A stretch of 56,221 nucleotides of DNA. Origin: Selaginella moellendorffii (Eukaryota; Plantae; Lycopodiophyta). The translations under genes and the position numbers were made by a program. Positions within the stretch are counted from its first letter, which is position 1, and each line of letters begins with the position of its first letter. Location: positions 1 to 56,221 of the forward strand of contig NW_003314303.1 in assembly GCF_000143415.4 (NCBI RefSeq), given 5' to 3'. The notes below the pieces were generated by a model, which was not told the origin of the DNA, did not search any database, and saw only the letters and a list, made by a program, of their open reading frames with translations. Shown here in pieces: positions 1 to 12,521 of the stretch.

Positions 1-1077
1 TTGGAGCTCTTCTTTGAGGCTATTGGATCGTCGTCGCCACCTTTGGATCTCGACACGCCGGTCTTCTTGAGTGCCCTCGAGGCTTGCGCGAATGTGGGCG
101 ATCTCGATCGAGGAGTTTTGATTCACGAGAAAATCCTTGAATCGTCTGTAAAGGTTGACGCTCTCGTGAGCAACAGCTTGATAAACATGTATGCCAAGTG
201 TGGTAGCGTTGCAAAAGCTTTGGAAACTTTCGAAAAGCTCTCGAGTCCGGGTGTGATTGCCTGGAACACAATGATCACGGCGTATGCCCAGGCTGGAGAT
301 AGCAACGCCGCGATCGAGCTATTCCACCAAATGGATCTCGAGGGCATCAAGCCCGACGGCGTCACCTTTATGGTTTTGCTCGAGGCATTGGGATCGATCG
401 GATCACTGCAAGATGGAAAGTTCATCCACTTGCGTGCCGCATCGCTTGGATTTGACGAACAAGACACTTCTCTCTGCAACGCTCTCTTGAATCTTTACAC
501 CAAATGTGGGAGCATGCAAGACGCTATCGCCCTCTTTCACAGAATGCCCACTCCAAACCAGATCTCCTGGACTTGCACCATTGCAGGGTATGCTCAACAG
601 GGGCATAGCACCGAAGCCCTCGAGCTCTACCAAAAGATGGACTTGGAAGGCACCAAGCCCAACCAGGTAACACTTTTGGGAGTCCTCACGGCGTGCACAC
701 ACGCCGGCCTGGTCGAGGATGGCATATACTACTACAATTCCATGGTATCCGACCATAACATCCAGCCCAAGGAAGAACACTACGGTAGCCTTATTGACAT
801 GCTCGCCAAAGCAGGATGGCTGCAAGAAGCCGAGGCCCTGATCGAAACCCTGCCCTTTCACCCGTTCGCCGTGGCATGGACATCCCTCCTCGGGGCATCT
901 TGCAACCACAAGGACGTAGATCGCGCCGAGCGAGTAGCAGCCAAAGCAATCGATCGAGAACCCGGCAATGCCGGTCCATACATTTCCCTGTCAAACATGT
1001 ACGCGACGCTGAACCGATGGGACGACGTCGCCCGCGTGAAGAAACTGATTGCCTCGCTCAAAGGTGGCGGACAATAA
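1..1077 (+). CDS. PLS-class pentatricopeptide repeat protein with C-terminal E domain (organellar RNA-editing factor type); 5' end lies upstream of the window
   Basis: Intronless ORF with repeated PPR motifs (NSLINMYAKCGS, WNTMITAYAQ, NALLNLYTKCGS, HYGSLIDMLAKAG) and an E-domain signature (AWTSLLGASC...PYISLSNMYA...WDDVARVKK). No DYW domain. Stop TAA at 1075-1077. Confidence 0.95.
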   Translation: MELFFEAIGSSSPPLDLDTPVFLSALEACANVGDLDRGVLIHEKILESSVKVDALVSNSLINMYAKCGSVAKALETFEKLSSPGVIAWNTMITAYAQAGDSNAAIELFHQMDLEGIKPDGVTFMVLLEALGSIGSLQDGKFIHLRAASLGFDEQDTSLCNALLNLYTKCGSMQDAIALFHRMPTPNQISWTCTIAGYAQQGHSTEALELYQKMDLEGTKPNQVTLLGVLTACTHAGLVEDGIYYYNSMVSDHNIQPKEEHYGSLIDMLAKAGWLQEAEALIETLPFHPFAVAWTSLLGASCNHKDVDRAERVAAKAIDREPGNAGPYISLSNMYATLNRWDDVARVKKLIASLKGGGQ

Positions 1078-2453
1078 CCATAAGCCCTAATAAACGTCTA
1101 GGGATTCGAACCCACGCACGCAAAGGCCACGTCACCGGCCCAGTTTCGACTTAACGATGCCAACTGTCTGCCCGCCAGCTGTGCGCCACTTAATAGTGTT
1201 TTGGCCGTACACTGCCGAAAGTTAAAGGCCTGCTGCTCGCCAGCTGGCGGTGATGGCCATTCCCTGCGACCGGCTAGGTGTGCGTCCGGCGGGCGGACGG
1301 CACAGTGACCGCACTGCGGTTTGCCGTACACCGCGCGGCGTCATGTTCCTCCGTACACGCTGCCAAAGTTGTCGAGCATCGAAAAAAAAAGAGGCCGGGC
1401 CAATTCCTCAAGGAATGGTGGCTGACAACCACAAAGGCCATTAAGAAGTAGCTGGAGCGCCCGGTTTTTGTTTTAGTTTAGAAATGTTCTTCTTTTGTTG
1501 ATGCTATTGCTAGTGCGATTGATCGGCAAGAGCCAACTGTTGCCCCGGGGGATCCCACGATATAGAATTAGAAACTTGGCCAGGTGGCTTCTAGAAGTTC
1601 GCGAAGGGAAATGGTAAACAAGAAGATCTCCGGAAACCGCGATCTCGTGAAACAACGTGCACGAGAGTTGGATCAAGTCAAGGTTCTTTTCCCGGCTGAT
1701 TGAAACAATCAAAACAACGCCACTCGCGAGAAGTTGCATGGGAAGGGTTCCAAAAGTCACCGGGATCGAACACGCGTGATCCACTCGCTCACGTTTGCTT
1801 GGCGCGAAAAAAAACAAACCATTCACATCATAGCGTGATCCCTATGATTACAACAATGTTTCATGACGCGAGAAAAGGTGGCGAAACAAGAAAGCCCTCC
1901 CTACCCATGAACGGATCAATTACGCAATCATGCACAGGAAAAACACAAACACACGGGGTCAGAGCAAGCATCCTATGCTCTGAAGAGAATCATGCCAGGC
2001 ATATTCGCCTCGGATTCCTCTGGTTTTGCCGCGTCTTCCGTACGCCGCGGCTGCCGTGCGACCGGCGCCGCGGTGACCGACACCACGCGACGACGCGTTT
2101 AATGGCCACAAAAACACACAAAGCGACCACCCTTCCTCGCTGGACTCGCTGCTTTTTCTCCATTCTCCTCTGGCTTTAATACCACCATAGCTTTAACCCT
2201 CTGAAAGAAAAGAGCTCGAGAGCTCGAGAGCTCGCGCGCACCACGCCAAAGTTCTAGCTAGAGTGAAGGATCAAAGCGAGCAAAGCAAATCAGGGAAGCA
2301 AGCGAAGAAGAAGACGATCTCTTTCTCTCTCACTTTTGTTCTTCGAGCGAGCTAGATCTCTCTCTCACTCTCACAGGTGTTTGGAGCTCGAGAGCTCTCT
2401 CTCCCCTCTTTTCCAGAGCAGATCGAATCGCCCATCATCCAGGAAGCGGAGAA

Positions 2454-2678
2454 ATGGAGGCCGGGAAGGTGCTGAACAAGGTGCTCGCGGTGGTGATGTT
2501 GGTGGTGGTGTTGCTGGCGGTGGCGGAGGCCGCGCGCCTGACCAAGTCGTTTGGTGGCGGCGGCCTCGAGGTGGACGATCTCAGCCTGGAGCAGCAGCAG
2601 CAAGTCCTGGATCTTGGCAGCCGCTTGGAGCACGCGACCCGGCAATTGCTCACGCAGGATCCATACCACACTTACTGA
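2454..2678 (+). CDS. Small secreted peptide precursor-like protein (74 aa)
   Basis: ATG in good context (GAAATGG). Hydrophobic signal peptide ending AEA-A-R, an acidic/Gln spacer, then an RQLL motif and an 8-residue C-terminal tail. CT-rich leader upstream and GC-rich codon usage. Confidence 0.7.
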   Translation: MEAGKVLNKVLAVVMLVVVLLAVAEAARLTKSFGGGGLEVDDLSLEQQQQVLDLGSRLEHATRQLLTQDPYHTY

Positions 2679-2822
2679 TGATCATGATCATTCTTCCTTC
2701 GTCGCTCGTTCGTTCGTTCGAGGTCTCTCTTTGAAATGAAAGTGGAAAAGAAAAAAAAATTGTTCTCGTCGCGCTCTCTCCTCTCTCTATTCTCTCGATC
2801 TTCTCGGTCAATCTATCAGCTC

Positions 2823-2886
2823 GGCAGCAGCAGTATCAGCAGCAGCAGCAGCAGCAGCAGTGGCAGCAAGAAAGAAAAGAAAGAAA
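2823..2886 (+). repeat. (CAG)n and (AAGAA)n microsatellites in the probable 3' region of the peptide gene
   Basis: Direct read of the sequence. Confidence 0.85.
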
Positions 2887-3887
2887 ACTCGTCTTTGGTG
2901 TGTTCGTCATAAAAGACTTTCGGATCAAGAGGGCGGAGGGATCGATCGCTTCATAGCCGATGCTTGTTCTTCGAGATCTCTATTGGGTTTCCAGCCAGCA
3001 TTCTTGCTACTGTGAAGAGGTTCTCTCTCTCTCTCTTGGTTGGGTATGTTCTCTCTCTTTTGGTTTGTGGGTCTAGTTAGGCTCTTTAGATCTTGCGGGG
3101 GCGACGAGGGGGCTCGCGGGAAGCTACATTCTCTAATGTAGCTTCGTTCCTGGCGGGCATTTGTAGCATCTCTTCTTTTGCCACACTCTGGCATCAATAA
3201 GGAACTTTGGTTCTCTCCAGATCTCCAGATCTCCAAATCCATGGCGTTCTTCCTTCTTGGGCTGTTTCTAACTTGGGTCTTGCAGATCTGGCAGGCGAGC
3301 TCCACGCTTCCGTCGCGTCTCGCCAGGAGTTCTTAAAGATCTAGGCGTGGATAACAGGTTCGTTCCCATCAATCCCGCGAGTGGGTAGTAAGTTTGCAGT
3401 GGGTTTCTAGCACGAAAGGCACGAGAGCAACCGGTCCCCCGTGGAAGTTTGGTGGGTGTTCTTAGTTTTGTTCGTTCGATCGGTGGTTCGTTCACAGGAT
3501 GGTCGAGACAGATTGTTGCTCGCTCCACCACAATCCATCGCTCGATCATCTCGATCGCTTTGGATTTCCATGGTGCCTCTATATTGATTAGCTCTGTAGC
3601 TTATAGCAGCTCCAAATGGCAGGCAAGCTTCTCTATAGAGCGATGTGATCGCCTTAAAAAACTCTTTCCAAAGCTAGCTTGTTTGATCAATCACGAGGAG
3701 AAAGAATTCTTCTTTGTCACCATCGCGATAAAAAGAAAAGCTCACGAGATCAAGCCCGAGATCAAGCTATAGTAGAGAACTTTTTCTAGCGTATTCTCTC
3801 GTACGTACCAGCCAGCGTATGGCTACAGTACATTTATTTCTCCCATCTCCTCTTTAGCCAGCTGACAGGAGCAAAGACATAAACAAA

Positions 3888-4165
3888 GCTTTTGTCGCCA
3901 TCGCCGAGTGAAAGAGCGACCAGAGCTGCACAGCTACTCCTTAATCCAAAGCCATCTCTCGCGAGCTCTTTTGTCCACAACCTCTTTGCGATTCCCCTCT
4001 CACGAGGAAAATTCCACTGCAAAAATCAAGCTCTTTAGTCGCGAGCTAAGCTATGGAGGCGTGGCGATTCCTTCCAGCTTGTCCGCTTACACTGTGTAAT
4101 TGGGCGATGGAAATACGAGCTGGATCGCGCAGCCTTACTTCCAAAACAGCCAGCCAGCACATACT
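3888..4165 (-). ncRNA. Candidate structured RNA, copy B (unidentified)
   Basis: Collinear blocks shared with 4495-4740. Minus-strand hairpins have GNRA loops and G-U pairs (e.g. TTTTCCTC-GTGA-GAGGGGAA, CTC-GCGA-GAG). Confidence 0.3.
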
Positions 4166-4494
4166 TTCTCGCTTTTCTTTTTTCTAAGCTTCACGGTCTT
4201 GTCTCGTCCTAGAGCTCTTCGTACCTTTTTACCGGCGCTGGAACAAACATCATGGCGATCACGTTCCATGATCTCGCAATTTGCGCAAGCGATCGATTTC
4301 ATTTAAAACTGTGCTGAAAGCAAAGCTTACTTGGGGTTGTAACACGTTCTTCGTCTCAAACTTCCAGGAAGATCCCAGCCTTGCTCTGGAGTTTTCTGTA
4401 GCTCCCTTGCCAATCTCTATCCCGGCCAGCCAAGCCATCTTCTCTGGACTTCTGTCACAACACAATGAGAGGCGTTAGCGAGGGCATTCAAGGA

Positions 4495-4740
4495 TTTTTG
4501 TCGCTGTCCTGCTTAGCTTCCTAAAGACAGAGACAAGCGGCTCTACTACTTAATCCAAACATTCTCAAGGCAAAAAAGTTCCTGTCCAGACCTCTGTGGT
4601 GCCTTTGCAGACGCAACCGGGTTTCACAAGCTGGATGGATCGAAGTGAACGGGGAGGGGGCCTCCAAGTTGTCGGCTTTCACCAGAATAATTGCTGGAAG
4701 CGGGCAGACTTATTTCCAAAATAGCCAGCTGCCACACCCG
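4495..4740 (-). ncRNA. Candidate structured RNA, copy A (unidentified), just downstream of the taxilin stop
   Basis: Shares GCTGGCTRTTTTGGAARTAAG, GT-GWAA-GC, AGAGGT..TGGACA, TTTGGATTAAG and a terminal hairpin followed by GCGACAAAA with copy B. Hairpins GGT-GAAA-GCC and GTCT-GCAA-AGGC. Confidence 0.3.
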
Positions 4741-4873
4741 AAGAATAAAGCCACGGTCAGTCCAGTTACCAAGTGTTTCGCTCAGGCCATACCTCGGGGC
4801 AACGTATCTCTTCTTCTTTCTCGCTGGCATTGTGCTTGCGAGGAGCGCGACCTCTCTCCCCAGGTGGATCTTC

Positions 4874-6908
4874 TCACGTCCCAGGATCCTGTACCATCTA
4901 CATAACGAAAACGAAAGCGTTGTACCATCTACCACCAGAGGTCGAAATCCCACATACCTCTGGCTCCGGGGAGGGAGAACCAGTAACGCTGGATGGCTGT
5001 TTTCTTTCGGCTTGAAGGATCCTGCAGAGTGCCTCGAGCTTCTTCTTTTGGTTTGTGGTCGTCTCAAGCTGCTTCTTCAGCGAGCCACGCTGCAAGGAAA
5101 CAAACGTCGTAAAACACATGATCGAGCCGTTACTGCCAACTTTCTTACTTCGTCCAAGAGCTCAATGAGAGATACATCACATTGTTGGCATTTCTTTTTC
5201 AGCGAGAGGTTTTCCTTTTCCAACGTCCTTATCGTTTTAGACATCTGCAAGGAAGAAATCACATATCTGTAACTTAAAATATGGCAACGTAACCTTTTCC
5301 ATCTCTTGTTTGAAGGACGCAAACACCTCATTACTCTTGGTCAGCGTGTCCTGCTCAAAGCCAATCTGTTTTAGTTAAACATAGGATTTCGACCAATACC
5401 TGAAACTGCTCAAACTTGTCACCATAGAGTGCCAGCTGCGAACGGAGATCTTGTTCTGTTAACAGCAGCTGTGAAATTTGCTCGGTATAAGCTCGTGCTT
5501 TCGCTTCTTCCTGTACGAAACGTTCCTGCTGTTGCTTCAGCTTTACTTCCAAAAGCTGATGTTCAAGCACCTTTGTCCGGAGCTACAAGTCGCAAAAGAA
5601 AAAGATGTAAAACGATTTAAACGTGAGGAAAAGGAGCGTGTACCTGGTGAGAGAAATGCTCCTCTCTTACTTCGTATTGCTGCGTGAAGTGCTTGAGCTT
5701 CTCACGCAATCTACAAGACAGCCTCCCACGTTAAGATAGGAGCTTGCAAAATAAAAACATACATTTCATTTTCCTTGACCTGCCGTATCCGGTCGTCGCC
5801 TTGTTCATCCAGTTTCAATGATATTTCCTGAAAGTAAGTGATGCTCGTCAACAATCAACTTCAAACGAGAGCCAACCTTGATCGTGTTATGAAACTTAGT
5901 TGACAGCTCCTGTCGTCGCTGCTGTTCCTCCGAGGCAATCTTCTTGCTCTCGTCCTGAATGAAGAAGATGATTGTTTAATAAGATTGGCTTTGAGCTAGA
6001 TTTGTACGCGTACCAAAAGGATCTTGTTTTGCCGTTGAAGCTCCCGACACAATGATTCCAACTTTTGACGAATTAGAACGCTCTTATTTAAATCGCCAGA
6101 CACTGCAAAGAAAAACAAAAGAAGAAGAAATGGTTGGTTATCAAAAGCAGTGATTATATATACTCACAAGCAGCTCTGTTGGCATTCTCTAGAAGGAGCT
6201 TCTGGCGTAGAACACCAGACTCCTTTTCAAGCTGCTCTATCTCAACCAACTACACACAAACACCCAAGAGTTTCGAAAGTCCACCAAAAACAGTGAGCCT
6301 GACCTGTTGGAAGTACTTCGTTTGTAGCAGCTCCAGTTTCTCCTCGGCATTCTTGTCTGTAGACTCCAACAAGAGCTTGATTTCCTTCATTCGACGCTTC
6401 CGCAATTTCGAAGCTTCCGAAAATCCTGCAAACGCTGTATGCATTACAAGAACTCACGAGAGGAGGAAGGAGACAAACAACCAAAGAAAAAACACTTACT
6501 TCCATCGTTCACCAAAACCTCCTCTCCATTACTCTCCGCGTTGCTACTTGGAAGAGAATTATCAGAGAGTGGAACTGGAAATCTCCGCAGCCTTTCAGCT
6601 TCTTTATCCGCCCTCAAGTCAACCGAAAAATCGCCCATCTCTGTCGTGGACACCGCTACATCGTCCACCATTTGCTCCTTGCGCGAGGGACTGCCGAGGC
6701 CGCGGGGCGACGGCACGTAGGGGCCAGACTCGTCTAACTGGAGCAGCGGCGGCGGTGGCGCATTTTGCTGCGAATTCGAGACCTCGGAGAATCCATCCGG
6801 CAGAGCCGGGAGGAGTTGGCCAGCCAGGGATTGCGACGAGGAGGATGCCTCTCCTACGGTGAACCCATCAGGCAGCGATTCCGCTTCCGGGAGCCGGGCA
6901 GCTGCCAT
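4874..6908 (-). CDS. Taxilin family (myosin-like coiled-coil) protein, multi-exon
   Basis: ATG at 6908 and many short GT-AG introns. Taxilin motifs LESLCRELQRQNK, ELSTKF, LRSQLALYGDKFEQFQ, MSKTIRTLEKEN and KLEALCRILQAER. Last exon 4897-4874 (MVQDPGT*). Confidence 0.9.
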
Positions 6909-7199
6909 GAAATCGACTAAGAACCCTAACACTTCCTAGGTATAACCTAGGTATAACCTTGTGTTTAAACGCCGAGTGTCCAGAGAGAGGAGCACATCTG
7001 GCTGGTGGCAAATCATAGAGTTTTGAGCAGATTCCTGCCAGTTTCAGTGTGGTTTGTGATCTGCCAGTGGAAACATGTTTGCCTGCATATATGTAGTGGA
7101 GTATAGTTCTTGCTATTCTTTAGCATAGGTGACAATGGTCTTAGCTGGAATTCCAAGGGGTTTTTCTTAAGTTTAAGATCTTGGTTGAGCTAAGAAGCA

Positions 7200-8560
7200 C
7201 AGGCTCCTATGGATGTAGTTGGAGACCTTTTGGACACCTAGGAGGGGAGGTGCAATGCTATAATCAACAGCCATGACACCTTTGTGGAACCTCTCTGCTG
7301 TCACGTTTTGGAGTTTGATTAAACAGAATCTTAAACAGGCTGTGTGCTTTGTTCAACTGGCATATGGTTGGATTTCTCATCTGATCATCGTGCCCATCCT
7401 TTCTTTGAAAATGGTGCTAGAAGTTTGCTGAGATATGTTCTTTGTTGTAAGGGCTTTAGATGCCCGTTTTGGGCAGTTCAAAATTTAACTCAAATGGAGC
7501 AAGAATGTTTGGGCCAGAGAACAGGCACCATTTGGGCATTAGAGGTATGAAAAGTACCAAGATAGAGGCTGACTGCACTGTCCCTGCTTTCCTTCATGGC
7601 CTTTGTAGCATCTTCAAATGAAAGGTATTTGTACTTTAAATTCTCTATGGTGATATCAAGTTGAGCTTCTATCACAATGCACTTTGTGAAGTCATATTGA
7701 AATACCTAGTTGAGATTGTTCAAGTCAGTCAAAACATGTACTAACAAGTAATAAAAATGATTAAATGAATCAAACAAATCAAAAGAGCTTTGATATTTGG
7801 AAATACATCAAGAGTTTGTAAGCTGTTTTATTAGTTAGCTTCCATTGATGAAGAGTTACAACTAATTTATCCATCAATTGACTATTTGATAGCTATTTTG
7901 GAGTAGTCTCAAGTTCTTTCTTAATTCATATGCCTCTAAAAGCTCTTGCAATGATTTGTTCTTTTGCACACTGTTTCTTACCCAGCCTCACTGAGAACCT
8001 CGAGGTGACTTGACTTTCCTATCCCCTACCTTAAGCTGTGCCATGTCTCCAGGTGAGCGCATTTGGCAGTCCACATAAATTTTATTAGCCAGTTTATCCA
8101 GAGTCATAAACAATTCTTCAATTGAAAAGCCATTGTTTACAACTAAGGCTTCACAATGGGTTATGCAATGTTTCCCAACAGTTTTTGGGCAACACTCTCG
8201 AAATTTAGCAAGAACCTCCTACTTATGACAAACTATAGTAGCTACATAATTTGTGATAGAAGCCATGAGCTCCATTTCTTGAAGAAGAGTAGAAACAGTA
8301 GTAAGAAACCATTAGCTTTTCCACACTTTAGTGGTAGCGATTTAACAACATAGTTATCCCTTGCCTTTATCTTTTAGAAATTGCATATAAATAATCTAAA
8401 TTTTGATCAATACTCTCATTGATGATTATAAAGTAGAAAGGTTTATTTCTGATATGTTGATCAAGCTCTTTTTGAACTTCATCTCTTGTGATAATCAATA
8501 TTTCTAATACAAACACTAGATTGATATAACTTGAATAATCATTTGCTATTGGGAAATTTA
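7200..8560 (-). pseudogene. Degenerate hAT-superfamily transposase remnant (boundaries approximate)
   Basis: Minus-strand peptides FYFIIINESIDQ (decayed DES-D motif) and KTVGKHCITHCEALV (hAT HCxxH-x-L motif), broken by stops and frameshifts. Confidence 0.6.
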
Positions 8561-8734
8561 ACACTCCAAAGGGGATATAGTTATCCACTTCATCCTTAAT
8601 TCTATTTAAGGAAATTATAAACACAATTATAAAGGAGCTCTTTCTTTTTATATTTAAACCTTATGGATCATCTTTTAAATTGTAGGGAGCATAATAATTC
8701 CCAAATTCCTAAATTACCATGAATAAAGATACAT

Positions 8735-9033
8735 AGGGTTAAGCATCTTTAGGTTTAAATAGTATTATGTTAGGTGATTTTTGACGAAGTATAAATTCAG
8801 GAGCTTATAGTAGGTATGAAAGGGGTTTCAGATCTAACTCTATTACATGGCTAAATGAATAACACCACATATTGAGATCGACATATTAATCGATCTAACT
8901 GTGCTCAATCTAAGTAGTAGGGCATGGCTCTTGGAAGAGTTGTGGCTCTTAACTTTCATTCATAAAAGCATATTTGCAAGGAAGTATGGTAAATTATAAA
9001 TAAAGGGTTTAAATATAGAGAAAAAGGGTTTAT
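8735..9033 (+). mobile_element. Highly decayed Cassandra-like TRIM; its 3' LTR is split by the 9034-16878 insertion and resumes at ~16884-16930
   Basis: Collinear with 12640-13000, differing mostly by C>T and G>A changes (e.g. GGTTAAGCATCTTTAGGTTTAAATAGTA vs AGTTAAGCGTCCTTGGGTTTGAATAGTA). Confidence 0.65.
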
Positions 9034-9540
9034 TGTAGCGCGCGTGGTTTTGACCCTTTATCCTATGGTGATTTACCATAGGATAACACCATGAAGCGGA
9101 ACCTAAACCCTCTTTGTGCCACGTGACAGATGCCACGTGTCCATGCCACGTGTCCATAGGAACCCAAGGTTTAGGGTCTTGGGCCACTGAATGAAGGAAT
9201 GGTGCCAAACTCCCAAGCGTGAAGCTAAAGAGTGGTGGAACCGAACCACGGAGCAACTCTCGAGCATAAAGCCCAAGGAGCAAAGGGACAGGAGCTCGGA
9301 GCGACTTGGAACAGTCCTAGAGTAACTAGCATCCCAATGCCAGGACTAGCACGCAAAACGGAGCCAAGCGGAGTCTGGCGCTATTTCGGCATACCGGTGG
9401 CCTAACGTGAGGATATGGGTACTCCACCAGCTAGCATGGAATGGAACTTGGGCTTAGACCCAAGCCGGACGCAGAACAAGGACAGGCACGCAAGCGGGAG
9501 CTAGACTATGCCTCAGGTTGGTCAGCCATGCCCGACCTAC

Positions 9541-10265
9541 TGTTGCGCATGTGACTTCGGGTATCGAAAGATACTTGTCGGCTAGTACTTACGGACTCTC
9601 TCTCCTTACTGCCACGACGGCTGGAGGTCGGTACTGCTGGTTCCCTTTATGGTCTCCGCCCAAGCTAGTTGAGAAATTGGTCAGCACATGTGCACTTAGA
9701 CCGGAAGGGCACTAAGGAAGGAAATCCTAAGTTGTCATTAAGTCAAGCATACTTGACACGGTGATGAGAAACTCATGATGTTGACTTGCACTTGCTAGTG
9801 TTGGGAACCCCCGCGATATTGAGACTAGTCCCTCAATATTCGCTAGATGATAGCTTACCGTGTTTGCCAAACACCCTCGCTATCACGCCTTTTGTGTTAG
9901 TCTCATTTCGGTCCCAAATGCTATTTATGGAAAGTGTCTAGATTCGCTCATTTGGCATATCTACGGAATGTTGAGGTCGGCCTGAACACAATGGTGTTCG
10001 TCCCGTGTCCAAATTCGCAATTTGTGTCGCTCCTTGTTCTGCGTCCGGCTTGGGTCTAAGCCCAAGCTCCACGCTGCTCTAGTCGGTGGAGTACCCTCCT
10101 CCTCGCGTTAGGCCACCGGTATGCCAAAATTGTGCCAGACTCCGTCTGACACCATTTTGCGTGCAGGTGCTGGATACGGGGAGCTGGTGCTCGTGGGATT
10201 GTACCGGACCCTCGTTTCGTAGCGCAACGGGCTTGGAGTTCGGCTCCAAATTCAGGTGCGCTACA
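9541..10265 (+). mobile_element. Solo LTR of a related family inserted antiparallel in the host LTR
   Basis: TG...CA ends and TSD CCTAC (9536-9540 and 10266-10270). Sequence resembles the reverse complement of the host LTR. The same site is empty in the other LTR (~16255). Confidence 0.9.
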
Positions 10266-10322
10266 CCTACCCACTATCCCTACTATACATTTGGAACCGC
10301 CCATAGCCCCCCCCCCCCCCCC

Positions 10323-10490
10323 NNNNNNNNNNNNNNNNNNNNNNNNNNNNNNNNNNNNNNNNNNNNNNNNNNNNNNNNNNNNNNNNNNNNNNNNNNNNNN
10401 NNNNNNNNNNNNNNNNNNNNNNNNNNNNNNNNNNNNNNNNNNNNNNNNNNNNNNNNNNNNNNNNNNNNNNNNNNNNNNNNNNNNNNNNNN
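10323..10490. other. Assembly gap (Ns) within a poly-C run
   Basis: N run flanked by C tracts. The sister LTR has only a ~17-nt C run at this position (~16283-16299). Confidence 0.95.
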
Positions 10491-12521
10491 CCCCCCCCCC
10501 CCCTTGAGGAACACACGCTTTGGGCTTTCACCCCAAGCCTCCCTTAGTATCAAGAGTTAGTCTCTGGGACAAGCTCAAAACTTACTAAATATGGAATGTC
10601 CTTAGATTGCGAATTTGGATACGGGACGAACACCATTGTGTTCAGGCCGATCTCTGCATTCTGTAGATATGCCAAATGAGCAAATCTGGACACTTTCCAT
10701 AAATAGTATTTGGGACCGAAATGAGACTAACACAAAGGGCATGATAGCGAGGGTGTTTGGCAGATACGGTAAGCTATCATTCAGCGATATTGAGGGACCA
10801 ATCTCAATACGCGAGGGTTCTTGTCACTAGCTAGTGCAAGATATAACGAGACGGGAACTCCTTACCGGGCTAAGTATGCTTAGCTAATAACACGTAGGAA
10901 TTCCGTCCTTATGCTCGTCCGGTCTAAGTACACTCGAAATGCCCAGTTAACTCCACTAGCACAAGAGGGACTGATAAAGGGTCCAGCAATACCGACCTCC
11001 TGCCGTCGTGGCAGTAAGGTAAGAGTGTCCGTAAGGATTGGTCGACAGGTAACTTTCGATACCCGAAGTCACATTTGCGACACTCTCCCCCCCTTGGGAA
11101 GATCGACGTCCTCGTCGATGCACACTCGAGTCTAGAATACCGCCAAGGAAACAACTCCAGAAAAAGTTCACGGTACTCACACTATGTGAGAAATGCACCA
11201 ACTTAAATGAGTTAGGGGGAACCTCTTTGTCTAACGTGGATGCGCTACCAGCTCAGACACCTTCCGGCCGTCGCCGACAAGGAAATGACTAACGGAGTCA
11301 GCCACCCTTGCTGCTCTGGGTGTCACCCAGCTACAAAAGTGTGATATGCCCCTGCCTGCAAGGACATAGAGAGAGAAGCTAGAGGCCCCAACCCTCCTGA
11401 GCAAAGAAACCAAACCTGTCGGTAAGGTTTAGATAGACTACTGTCAACAGGCAGTTTAGAGTTGTTTACACGGTCACGCCCTTTCACGGAATAAAGAACA
11501 TCGACAGAGAGGCGGGTGATGTGACCAGTCGACAGTAGCTACCCCATGACTAGAGATTTCAACATGCACACGAAGTGCCGAAGCCAGTCTGCCTATACTG
11601 GCCCAAACTCAAAGATCAATATATAGACAATATCAAAGGCATAGACAATGATATCTTAGAGTCTTAATTATCAATGAATATATCTTAGATTAGAACACAA
11701 AAGTATTCCAAGTAAGTTATCATCCGATAAACTAGTATTTGAGTATAGGAACCACAAAGATCACTAACTTTGGAAAACATAGGATTCACCATCCAACAAA
11801 ATTCAATAGCAAGTAGATCATCAAGTAAACTCAATGATGAAACTTAACTACCGAAAATGGCAGATAGCATGCCAAACAACTCACAAAACACAACTCAAAG
11901 AACACAAAGTATCATTGACTAACAAGCACAATGCTCGCGAATGTATCACCCGAAGGAAATAACATCCTAATCTATGAGAACTAACTCGAGCAATAATCAA
12001 TAGAACAAAATGAATGTTGCAAAGCAAACAAACGTTTGTTCATATCAACCATTGCACTAGCCAATCCGGATAGATCCCAGCCAATAATACCAAGGAACTC
12101 AAGTTGCCTAAACAAGTGTTAGCAACATCCTATTAATGTCTCAAACCCAAGAGACCAATCCAGAGCAAACCACAAGAATATGTGATATTGCGAAAAGCCA
12201 TAAGCTATCAAAAAGAACAACTAACCATCATGAAAGATCATCAATTATCCCATCAATAAAGAGATGCATAATCATCGTTGAAGAAAGAATCTACCATCCC
12301 GAAGAACAGCAACTCATTCTAGATTAACGATAATCAAGCAAAACCTTTGACAAGGATAATCAATTATCCTAGATGATAGTCAATCATTACCAATGATTGC
12401 TATATGCAAAAGCCAACTTCAACATCGAAGCTAATGAGCCAAAATGCTTTCCCCCAACAACTTCTAACAAATGGAACAATGAGCACAAAACTCAAGGAAC
12501 CAAAAGCTCGAAGAAGCCTAT

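Noticed and set aside
1098-1135. tRNA-like T-arm (GGGTTCGAATCCC on the minus strand); similar B-box-like motifs at ~29353-29395
   Set aside because: No acceptor stem, D-arm or anticodon arm could be built.
3120-3145. Perfect 11-bp hairpin GAAGCTACATT-CTCT-AATGTAGCTTC as a possible miRNA precursor
   Set aside because: The stem is too short and no conserved plant miRNA sequence was recognised nearby.
10056-10560. ORFs spanning the N run
   Set aside because: Artefacts of the assembly gap; the sister LTR suggests little more than poly-C is missing.
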